Of a DNA stretch of 64,000 nt, positions 37,401 through 49,500 are shown one piece after another (the stretch's first letter is position 1; every line of letters begins with the position of its first letter). The notes below the pieces were generated by a model. It saw only the letters and a list, made by a program, of their open reading frames with translations. It was not told the DNA's origin and did no database searches. The position numbers and the translations under genes are program-made. The stretch spans positions 438,624-502,623 of the forward strand of contig NMRA01000310.1 of assembly GCA_002633005.1 (NCBI GenBank), in the 5' to 3' direction. This DNA is from Phoronis australis (lineage: Eukaryota > Animalia > Phoronida).

Positions 37401-40400
37401 CACACTCAATTCTATGTCAAGGTTTATTTGTAACGCAGTTCTTTGTGTTGCAATGATTCGACGACTTGTCGCCAACATCGTCTTTAAAGAAAAACATTGA
37501 ATCGAAATTGATTCCAAGTATCGAAATCGATTCCAAGACTGTCAAATCGATTCTATGATTTCATTTAAAATGTTAAAATTCACACACATGATGTGAAGTC
37601 TCCTTGGCCACACACGGATGCTCACCTGGTATTACTAAAATTTTTTTAAAAGTCACACAAACAAAGCAAAGTCATCTCGAATGCACACAAATCTTTGTTT
37701 GGCAACGCCATCTATTGTTCGCTCGAGAAACAGAACATAAGTGTTTTGATCCAATCACATCACCTATCACGTCAAACAGTCTTGCCAGTACTCAGTGACT
37801 ATGTCACTCAAAACCCATACACAATAGGTCCTCAGATCAGAAAGGTTTTCAACTAACTCCACCACTACTGTCTACCATCACAAGTCCTCCGTCTAATAAT
37901 CCTAACATGTGTAAGCCGATGTGACTTGAGAACTGGTGTTTGAACAAGCAATGCAGCTGTAGACGTATGTATCTGTCCATTTATTTTGCCCAGAAATAAT
38001 CACCAAAATTGCCAATTTTTCATTATTCAAAGGCTCGTTACTTTACTAAAAATAATGGATAAAATTTACCAAAAACCGTTTTACAACATCTACACCGTAC
38101 AAACTATGCTAGTAATGCACTAATATTCTCTTAATCGTTACTTTTGTGGAGAAATTTCCCAAAATAGAATTTCACTTGTCGGCCATATTGTGTGCTTAAT
38201 AAATGAAGAACTAACACATCATAAAAACTGAGGTATAATTACCTTTTTCTTGTTGTCAATTCTATCAAGACTAATGGCTCTCTTCAGAGATGAGAACTTG
38301 TTTTTGGCAGACTGCTTCAAATTGTCCACTTTCTCCTTAAGTGATGACCTTGATGCACTGAGTTCTTTAGAGGATTCCAGGTTAGTCATACTAGAACTAA
38401 ATGACAAGTATTAGAGTCAAAGCGTTCAGCTACACATGGGGCCTGTTTTATGAAAGCAACTTTGTCTTATGCTCCACACACTATTTCACAAAATGATCTA
38501 TAATGGGGAAAAGCACAGTCTCTTAGATTTACACATACATGTAACAGCTAGTTACTGAGATTAATTTCTACAAATTATTTCTAGACTGCGATGCGCTCGT
38601 AATTAATAGCTAAACCTTTTTCAGCAATTAACAAACAACTTCAAATTACCTGTTGTGTGGCTGCTGCGAAGGGCTCACAGACTCCTCAAAGGAGGATGTT
38701 GGGTCGAGAGAATTCGTCCTTTCTTTGGAAGGAGTCGTCTCTTTAGTGACCCCAGCAAAATCATCGGGAGGAGCGAGAGAAGCGTACAAATAGTCTGCAG
38801 GAACACTGCATGGCCTCTGTCTGAACGGAATAGACATAGTCCTTCTGTCAATGGCCTCGCGTGACTGTGACTCGCTTAAACCGTGGTCATGTGACGGAAA
38901 ACTTACTAAGCTGCCATCACGTGACTGCGCACGTGGCGATGATTTGCTGAGTTTGCCACCAGATTCACTGCGTTTATGAGACGCAACATTGCTAATATCA
39001 CACTCAGTTGAAGCAGGAATATGTATAGTCTTCTTGGATGGTTTAACAACAGTTCGGTTGGGATTTAGTTTTGGAATTCTACTCCCAGTGGGTGATGCTG
39101 AAGACCGGCCACCTGTACCACGTGGAGAGTTGTCACAACTACTAGTCCTGCTGCCACCATCCGAGGGTGACAGCTTACTGCCTACAGGATTATGTTTGTC
39201 ATCTTTGGTGGGAGACTCTGTCCTAACAGGTATTCTTGTCTTAGAAACTTTCTTTTGACTAGCTTTAAATTCCATGCTCTGCCGATGATCGTCCTCCACT
39301 TTGCTCGGGCTATACCTTCCTTTGTTTTTGTGTTTGTTAAACACCACTACAGACTTTGGTTTTAGTTCTTCATTCTCACAATAGGTGTTGCTGACGGGAG
39401 GCGAATTCTCCTTGAGATTTGATACCTCACGCGTAGCATCCAATTGATCGACAGCAGGAGAAGTTTTTGCACTTACAGGAGTTTTAGACTTCACTGCCTT
39501 GATGGCTGGCGACTGTGACCTAAACTTGTCAAAAAACTCTTGCTCGATAGACCGTGACCTCTGGTGGTTCACCTGTGACCCCACTGTGACATCCAGCAGA
39601 GGAGTCTGACAGCCATTTATGGGCGGGGTCAGGCGACCATTGAGCAAGGGTCGGGCATACTTTAAGTCCAGCACTGACGATTTCTTGGCCTCAGTATCAG
39701 AGGTGGTTCGAGGATCAGTGTCATCCATGTCATCCTTGAAGCGCACTCTGTTGGGAGACGAACTTCTACGTGACTTGTTCGTCTTTAAACTGGACTTTAC
39801 GCTAGAGGTCTCATCACATGACCTGGAAAAGACAGAACAATGTAACCCAATCTAAAGTGCAGTGTTTAGGAAAACAAGTATAAACCTAGCAATCTTCATT
39901 ATTCATACAATACAGCGGCTTGCCAGTATCTCTCACATGGTTTATTTGTAATTCAAACTCAAATACACAATAATCCACTTACAGGAAGAAAAAAATTTCT
40001 ACCTGGATAAACAAACCAAATCAACCTGAATAAATCTAAACTTATTTGACCAACCTTTCTTGATTAGTTGGAGACAAGATCAACTGAATATTGTGATCAG
40101 CTTTCATTGGACCATTCTTTGGATGCTGGTGACCTCTGGTGGATGGTGACTCACTGTTAAATTTACTTGCCCTACAAACAATTAAGATACATAACAGACT
40201 TCAGTACAGACGACTAGAATAGTTTCATGATTTTGCTTCAGTTTCAACAGAAAATATACTTTGGAAAAAAAAACAATCACCAAAATTTAAACAAAATTAT
40301 GTCAGTTTCACACAGTCCAGACGATGGACATTACCGTTCACTGGTGATTCCACAGTTCTTGTCAAGTTTGTTCATTAAATTCTCTAAGGAGCAGGATTCT

Positions 40401-43400
40401 AAAGGTATTTTCCACAAAACCAAGAGGGCAGAATATTGTCGAAACATTTGTCAAATGCAACTATTTGCGCAAACGCATTACAGTATTGCATCTCACGAGG
40501 GGTTAATACCGTGGAATCACCCTCCTTCAGATAATTACTACTTAATTATGCGAAAAATACAATCTAGTCTTCTGCAAACTGGCTTAAAAATAATTATTCA
40601 CCTCAGTTTACATATTTCATTGAAGACATGACTTTGATCTGTTTTTACTACTTTAATTTCAGTTCTTTCAAACTCTCTAAATAGAGATCTCGTCTTTACA
40701 TCACAACAGTGCAATAAAAATCCAAACGACATCAGTAGGTAACATAATTTAAAAAGCGATATTTCGAGACACATATCTCATCTTCGGGCTACTATTTACA
40801 ACTAGTTCACAGTGAAACGCACATCAGAAATGACAAATGCAATATAACAGGTGAAGTTGGCATGCGCAACAATGACGATAAAAACACACATATATAAATA
40901 AAATATACACGCGTTGCTCTGCATCATAATGCACAGATCACTTAAATAACGATAGAGAACTTCAAGTTCCAGTTAGCTGCTCATTCAAACTGGGTTTTTC
41001 AAACATTATTAGAAGGGACTCTAATGTTCGTAACCTGTGTACATCATTTTCAATGTATCTAATGACTATTATCGACAATCTCCTGACGAGTTATCTTGCG
41101 ACCATGAACGTTTTGAAAATGGTCTTTTATGAAGCTGTTTTGTACATGCATTGAAAGTCGTCGCGACAAGGAACACACTGTGTGCCCAATGTAATTTTGT
41201 TTCTGATGAGGACGAAAACATTCGACCGCAGGACAAGTAAACTCATAAACAACGTTACATCTAGCAACAGTGCGGAACTTCTCACAACTAATATTATTTC
41301 TCATCACTAAATTAGAGGTCTTTATATTCTTGTAATAAATAATTACATCTAGCTTGTCATTAGGACTAACAACTTTTACATTATATTATTATGAAGTGAA
41401 ATTAAACTAGTAAAAACAGATAAAAGTCGTGTCTTCAATGGAATATGTATACAAGAAAGATTACTGGCAAGTTATACTGAGTTTACAGAGAAAACTTTTT
41501 GCATCTAAGTGGTCAATTTTTCTCAAAGTGATAGCAAAACATGATAACCCACGACTGTAATGTTTCTGTTGATAAAGTCGCTTGCAGTAGGTGACAGTGA
41601 GATGAACAGATTTGCACAGGCGCGGTCCAGGAGTATCCCTGTACCATGGCCAGACAAGCAGAACCAGTGGTGGTTATGGACGCTATCTGTGGACAGCAAC
41701 TTGGTTCAAATGCCAAACATGAAATAGCAGATGAATGTGCTCTACACAACAGACGTCTGCAACCAGTCTTAGGAAGAGCCTAATGTACATACGAGGGTTC
41801 TCATGAGATCCAAATCAGGGGTTTTGCGCAATGGGCCCGACTTATGTGACCTGCGCACGTCTGATGCAATTTAGGCATCAGACCACCTGCAATCTTTTTT
41901 ATGATCAAACATTTTTAGACTTGTGACGAAATTAAAAAAAAATCGTTGTTATTATCAACAGATAGCTAACATATCAAGATAAGATGAAACCAATCGCTAC
42001 TCTCCTCGACCAGCCAGTTAAAAAAAAAAACTGGGACTCCTACATCCATTCTCACAATTGTGGGCATCCCAAGTGGTCTAATCATAAGTAAATATTAGTG
42101 AACAGGTGACTTATCGAGACTGCCAGAGCTCAACCCGTGATTTATTCCCTCAGTGATAAGTAGAAGAGAGCACTTTGAACTGTAGATAAAATAAGGAGAA
42201 ACGCACTTAAAATACATCAGCTATGAATGATAGCTGTAATACACCACGACTACCAGAAACTTCTGATCATAGTAAGCCCCCCAGCAATTTTAAATTAGTT
42301 TTCAGTCATTCGGATCACCAAAATCAAAAAAAAAAACTGCAGGGAATACTATCAGCCCCACACAGTGTTTAAAAATTCAGTTTCCAAACAGATTAAGTTT
42401 CCAATATGTCCTGTGAGAGCATCAAATTCTGAAATCAGAATACTAAATCCAACTACATGTGGTTGCCTGAACAAACAGTTAGATGTCAAAACCCAGCTAT
42501 ACAAACACTGACCTCCACTGTAGGACTGTAATAGAACACCAGCCATAGCTGGTGGCAACAATAGAAACAATATCAGTTTCAAAGGACACCACAACATGTA
42601 TTTATGAAACTAGGGCATAGTAAATGGTTTAAATGGAAATCTAGATAAGGATGCAGATTCATACTAATAATGAACCTGGTCAAAATACAGGCCTTGCCAT
42701 TGCACCACTCAATATGGGCTCGGTTTTTGCAGCAAAACAAAACGGTTAAGAAAACAAATGAAGAAAACTGGAAGAGACAGAGATTTCAAAATATATCGGT
42801 AATGGAAATCTTGACTTCATTTTTTTCAGTTTATTCACCCTTATTCTTTATTTTACATAGTTGCTTCGTTTGTCCAATAACTATGTTTCATTACTTTCTA
42901 TTATTGAAATTAGACGCGGGAATTTCACTCAAACTATATCTTGTCTTCGATTCACTGAAATGCCATGAAAATACGTTCCATTAAAAGTATATCATCATTT
43001 TCTCACCTGGATTTTTATTTTGTTGTCATAATGTTTTAGGGACAACTCTTGTAACTTCTAACTCCAAGACTCTGTTTCATGAAACTGACTTCAGACTAAG
43101 ACACACTCACACTTAATAAAGGTTTTATTAACTATTTAGGAGCACATTACAGCCTAGAAACAATTTACCGAAATTATCTCAAAACTAACAGTTACGTGTA
43201 CATTCTCATAGACTTTGGACTTTTGCTACAATGAGGTTTAATAATCTTTCAGAAACATTTGTGTGGTGTGTAATACCAAACTATTGTCTTTAAGTCTTTT
43301 AAAGGTACCTTTTTATGACACAGGCCCAAGACGATTGACAGACAACGTGACTACACGAAAAGTAAATGAACTGTAAAAATCAACCAGTTGTCAGTTTAAT

Positions 43401-46400
43401 AATATTTGTATTATTGATGAATACATTGAAACCACTACTCTCTTTGTCAAGTGTTTAATGAGACTAGTATGACAGAACAGTTGCTGCTAACTTACCTGAG
43501 CAACGTAACACTGTATTAATAATTATCAATAAACAATTAAAGTAATCGTGTGTTGACCATATTGATTGCTTTTTCTGAATAATACCTTGTTATGCGCCTT
43601 TCTGAACATCATTTCATTATTAAGTAACTGGACAGACACTAGCTGCATAAAGTGCCNNNNNNNNNNNNNNNNNNNNNNNNNNNNNNNNNNNNNNNNNNNN
43701 NNNNNNNNNNNNNNNNNNNNNNNNNNNNNNNNNNNNNNNNNNNNNNNNNNNNNNNNNNNNNNNNNNNNNNNNNNNNNNNNNNNNNNNNNNNNNNNNNNNN
43801 NNNNNNNNNNNNNNNNNNNNNNNNNNNNNNNNNNNNNNNNNNNNNNNNNNNNNNNNNNNNNNNNNNNNNNNNNCACAATTGTGGGCATCCCAAGTGGTCT
43901 AATCATAAGTAAATATTAGTGAACAGGTGACTTATCGAGACTGCCAGAGCTCAACCCGTGATTTATTCCCTCAGTGATAAGTAGAAGAGAGCACTTTGAA
44001 CTGTAGATAAAATAAGGAGAAACGCACTTAAAATACATCAGCTATGAATGATAGCTGTAATACACCACGACTACCAGAAACTTCTGATCATAGTAAGCCC
44101 CCCAGCAATTTTAGTTTTCAGTCATTCGGATCACCAAAATCAAAAAAAAAAACTACAGGGAATACTATCAGCCCCACACAGTGTTTAAAAATCCAGTTTC
44201 CAAACAGATTAAGTTTCCAATATGTCCTGTGAGAGCATCAAATTCTGAAATCAGAATACTAAATCCAACTACATGTGGTTGCCTGAGCAAACAGTTAGAT
44301 GTCAAAACCCAGCTATACAAACACTGACCTCCACTGTAGGACTGTAACAGAACACCAGCCATAGCTGGTGGCAACAATAGAAACAATATCAGTTTCAAAG
44401 GACACCACAACATGTATTTATGAAACTAGGGCATAGTAAATGGTTTAAATGGAAATCTAGATAAGGATGCAGATTCATACTAATAAAGAACCTGGTCAAA
44501 ATACAGGCCTTGCCATTGCACTACTCAATATGGGCTCAGTTTTTGCAGCAAAACAAAACGGTTAAGAAAACAAAAGAAAACTGGAAGAGACAGATTTCAA
44601 AATATATCAGTAATGGAAATCTTGACTTCATTTCTTTCAGTTTATTCACCGTTATTTTTTTATTTTACATAGTTGCTTCGTTTGTCCAATAACTATGTTT
44701 CGTTACTTTCTATTACTGAAATTAGATGCGGGAATTTCACTAAAACTATATCTTGTCTTCGATTCACTGAAATGCCATGAAAATACGTTTCATTAAAAGT
44801 ATATCATCATTTTCTCACGTGAATTTTTATTTTGTTGTCATAATGTTTTAGGGACAACTCTTGTAACTTCTAACTCCAAGACTCTGTTTCATGAAACTGA
44901 CTTAAGACTAAGACACACTCCCACTTAATAAAGGTTTTATTAACTATTTAGGAGCACATTACAACCTAGAAGCACTTTACGGGAATTATCTCAAAACTAA
45001 CTATTAAGTGTACATTCTCAGAGACTTTGGACTTTTGCTACAATGAGGTTTAATAATCTAAAGTTCAGAAACATTTGTGTGGTGTGTAATACCAAACTAT
45101 TGTCTTTAAGTCTTTTAAAATTACCTTTTCATGACACAGGCCCAAGATGATAGACAGACAACGTGACTACACGAAAAGTAAATGAACTGGAAAAATCAAC
45201 CAGTTGTCAGTTTAATAATATTTGTATTATTGATGAATACATTGAAACCACTACTCTCTTTGTCAAGTGTTTAATGAGACTAGTATGACAGAACAGTTGC
45301 TGCTAACTTACCTGAGCAACATAACACTGTATTAATAATTATCAATAAACAATTAAAGTAATCATGTGTTGACCATATTGATTGCTTTTTCTGAATAATA
45401 CCTTGTTATGCGCCTTTCTGAACATCATTTCATTATTAAGTAACTGGACAGACACTAGCTGCATAAAGTGCCGTCCACACAGACTTATCTTAGAAATCCT
45501 ACTCCTGGGACGAGTTGTCGCTAGGTTTGAGTGCTGTCTGGACATTATTTAAACTAGTGCAACTTGCCCTACTTGTGACAATGTATTCCACCTTTTGTGG
45601 TAGTGTAACTTGTTCTAGGGTAACTTGTGCCAGTTCTAATCGCTGTGTGGCCGCAAACCTGGGGCAAGGCAGATCAGGTGCTGTTACATACAGACGGGTC
45701 TTCTTTTGGATGCTGTATTCGTATACCTGTCCATTGTCACACACTGAGCGACAACTTCCGCTTTACCCTAGTTATTCGATGNNNNNNNNNNNNNNNNNNN
45801 NNNNNNNNNNNNNNNNNNNNNNNNNNNNNNNNNNNNNNNNNNNNNNNNNNNNNNNNNNNNNNNNNNNNNNNNNNNNNNNNNNNNNNNNNNNNNNNNNNNN
45901 NNNNNNNNNNNNNNNNNNNNNNNNNNNNNNNNNNNNNNNNNNNNNNNNNNNNNNNNNNNNNNNNNNNNNNNNNNNNNNNNNNNNNNNNNNNNNNNNNNNN
46001 NNNNNNNNNNNNNNNNNNNNNNNNNNNNNNNNNNNNNNNNNNNNNNNNNNNNNNNNNNNNNNNNNNNNNNNNNNNNNNNNNNNNNNNNNNNNNNNNNNNN
46101 NNNNNNNNNNNNNNNNNNNNNNNNNNNNNNNNNNNNNNNNNNNNNNNNNNNNNNNNNNNNNNNNNNNNNNNNNNNNNNNNNNNNNNNNNNNNNNNNNNNN
46201 NNNNNNNNNNNNNNNNNNNNNNNNNNNNNNNNNNNNNNNNNNNNNNNNNNNNNNNNNNNNNNNNNNNNNNNNNNNNNNNNNNNNNNNNNNNNNNNNNNNN
46301 NNNNNNNNNNNNNNNNNNNNNNNNNNNNNNNNNNNNNNNNNNNNNNNNNNNNNNNNNNNNNNNNNNNNNNNNNNNNNNNNNNNNNNNNNNNNNNNNNNNN

Positions 46401-46475
46401 NNNNNNNNNNNNNNNNNNNNNNNNNNNNNNNNNNNNNNNNNNNNNNNNNNNNNNNNNNNNNNNNNNNNNNNNNNN

Positions 46476-46515
<40 letters not shown>

Positions 46516-49500
46516 TGTGTGTGTGTGTCTGTGTGTCTGTGTAGACGCTCCACTTAAAGTGAGTCAAGTTACATTAGTACAAGCTGTTCTATGGTAAGTC
46601 TGCGTGTAGACGGTACTTAACACCAGAAACTCGCTAGTGAAAGCTAACAACTTTATGTGCATCACTTAGAATGCATAAGTAACATTTAGAGAAAACTTGC
46701 ATGATTTTCCAAACTTACAGAATGGTAATTGGTACTTACTCAACAACACTGCCACTTGGGGTCACTGATGCATTGGTTACGCGTGGACTTGTCTTGGTCG
46801 GCGTGATGCCACTATCAACATCAGAATCTGCAAATACAACATAACAAGTGGTGACTTACAGTAAATGCTAAGCATTTCAACAAACAAGCATAATTTTAAT
46901 TTGTCTAATTTCTCAACAAAAACAAACTTGAGAAAGACTTAACTTTGCCATTAAAATGGCTTTTGGTGTTTTAAGTAAAAATTTTGTGTGTTTAAGAATG
47001 AAATCGGCCTTTGAGAAATGGATAAATTGCAAGTTTTGGCAATTATTTTTGTGCGCAACTAGAGAGACAATGCCACACTCTTGAAAATCATTTGTCTGCA
47101 TAAGAAAATTGAAACATGGCAAAATCTGGCCAAAGTACAAAAAATGCCCGTTTTTAGCGAATTCTAGCATTGTCCTGTACGTCTACAATTTTTCAAAATA
47201 TTGTCAGGTAGAAGCTATGCAGTGCGTAAAATCCCTGAGTCAGACAATCAGATTTCTTCTTACGGCCACGAGTCATTTGAAACGGAATTCTTTGGTCCAG
47301 TTCAAAAGTTGGTTTTGATCCTGAAACACATCACCTTGCCATAGTCCCAATGACACTACAGTGCTAAGAACATCCATTCCACGACAATACTCAGTACTAT
47401 ACTATTCACAGTTCCTTCCTTAACAGAATTTGTTGAATACATGTCAATAACGCTTGTTAACTTAAAACATACTAGCTCAAATTCTCTTTACATCCGTTGG
47501 TTTTCCAAGAATAGGTAAATGACCTAAGGACATAACAAGATGATAGAACTTTATATTTCTTTCAAGACTGATCACGTCTCACCTTCCGGTGGAAATACAA
47601 TGAGACAAGCCTAATACATTTACGACAAAAGATTCCAAAATCAATACTGTAATTTTACTGGTTTAACCTATAGTTTTGAAGATATTTGTCTAAACGCACA
47701 GAATTGCAGCTATTCTAAACAATCTCAGCTTTCCATAATGGATGGAGAAACAGTTCATTAAGTACTGAACTATACATCATTGTCCTTCAACTCACCTCTT
47801 GCATACTGGTGACTCTGGTCATCTAATGAGTCCATAAATTCACTGACGCCGAAATCAATAGCAGACGAATGAGCGTCCAAATCAACTGCGCTATCCAGCG
47901 ACTCTGGACTTTTCACACGGCTCGACGTAAGACGGTGATTGTTCACTAGTGAGTCTCTGTGGTCGTTTCTGACCAGAGGGGTACTAGTGGTCAGCCGTGA
48001 TCCGCTGGAGAATTTCTTCCTCAGTTCACTGATGGTGGCATTCGGGCTGTTCATTTTTCCACCTCCGGATGGCGGTCGCTTTAACTGCACTGGAGCCGTA
48101 TCATCCTCTAACAATAATCTGAAGTTGAGCTGGTTTTGTCGTAATCTCTCCTTGAGCGATTTTGAATCTCGTTTTGGTGTGTCCGACCACATCGTCCTAT
48201 TATCCGATTGCAACCGGTCGCTACAACCATTCATTTGTGGCGAGTGTCCATTGGACAGTCTCCTCTCACTTATCGATTTATTGATTGATACAGACCTGCT
48301 GCCAATGCTAGATGTGTTGGATGAGAGATGAGATTGCTTGGACAAATCACCATCATCATCATCAGTAGCAGTCATTGATCTAATTCCCAGCCTGGGTTTA
48401 TTGCAATACTCATCAATTAAGACAGACGTGCTCCCAGGACTGGGCTTCATGTGAGACTTTGTCTCATCAACAGAAACACGCCTGTTCCCAATCCTGCTAC
48501 TGGGCCTGTTTAATAAGTCATTAATAAACGGTGACTTGCTGCTGTTGAAATTTTTCAACTTTGACAGCAACTGCTCGGTCCGCGATGGAGGTCGCTGCTC
48601 TCTACATACTTTATCATGCACAACGGTGCTGCCACCACTTAGGACATTGACTACACTAGCTGGACGAGACAATTTGTGTACTGGCGTGTGTCGACCATGC
48701 TGTGCGTGACCCATACTGGACAAAGGTCGAGGTGGTACACCCTGACCACTGTCGGACCTCTTGAACGCATTTGGATACTTCTGCCTTAGCTGGTCATAGA
48801 ATGGCGTAGTCAGCCTTGGGTACTCATGCTGTGCGTCCACCTGTAGGATAAAGGAGTTGTCAGTTATTAGATGGGGCTTATACTGCAGTACAACAACTAT
48901 TATCACTTTGTCAATACGTAGTGTTACCAGGGCTTGGAATGACCAATGAAAAATTTCCAGGCCATGCATCGTTTGTGTGAACGAAATATTTTTGTGATGT
49001 AAAATTTTACTGAAGTAAAAGTTTTTGCATGAACAAAGCCAAACTAATGATGAAAAAGAAACAAAGAGGAAATTGGAAATCAAGAAGAAAACATCGAAAC
49101 CAAAAAAAGAGGAAAACCCCTTAAAAAGGAAAATTCCCTGTATTATGGTACAACTTCCTCACATTCAAACAAAAACAAAAATTTGCTGAAAATGTCAAAA
49201 ATTTCATCCTATCAAATTTCAGCCTATCGACAACAGCTGTGCAGAATAAATAGGGCAGATGATGAAGTAAATTTTGTAAACCAAGGAAGTCACGGCAGAA
49301 TTCAAATTTGTTTCCGCAACAAGTCAAATCAGGTTAAGGAGAAGTTGGTCATTCACATTTAAGTGTAGCTCCACTCAATATCACCTCTGAATTGGTTATG
49401 TGTGAAAGGATACCACATCCTATCATAAGCACCAATGAAGGAGTTTTATAAATTAAAAATTCAACTTTCTTGAAGGATTGTAACTACAAATGCAGAAATT

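Noticed and set aside
42053-45472. Real 1.6-kb tandem duplication with duplicated 81-aa ORFs
   Set aside because: The copies meet exactly at an assembly gap and differ by allele-like SNPs and indels; most likely uncollapsed haplotypes. The ORFs have no recognisable features.
45499-45744. 81-aa minus-strand ORF as an extra KIAA1614-like exon
   Set aside because: Exon 3 joins exon 4 in phase without it and I found no fitting splice sites. An exon hidden in the adjacent gap cannot be excluded.
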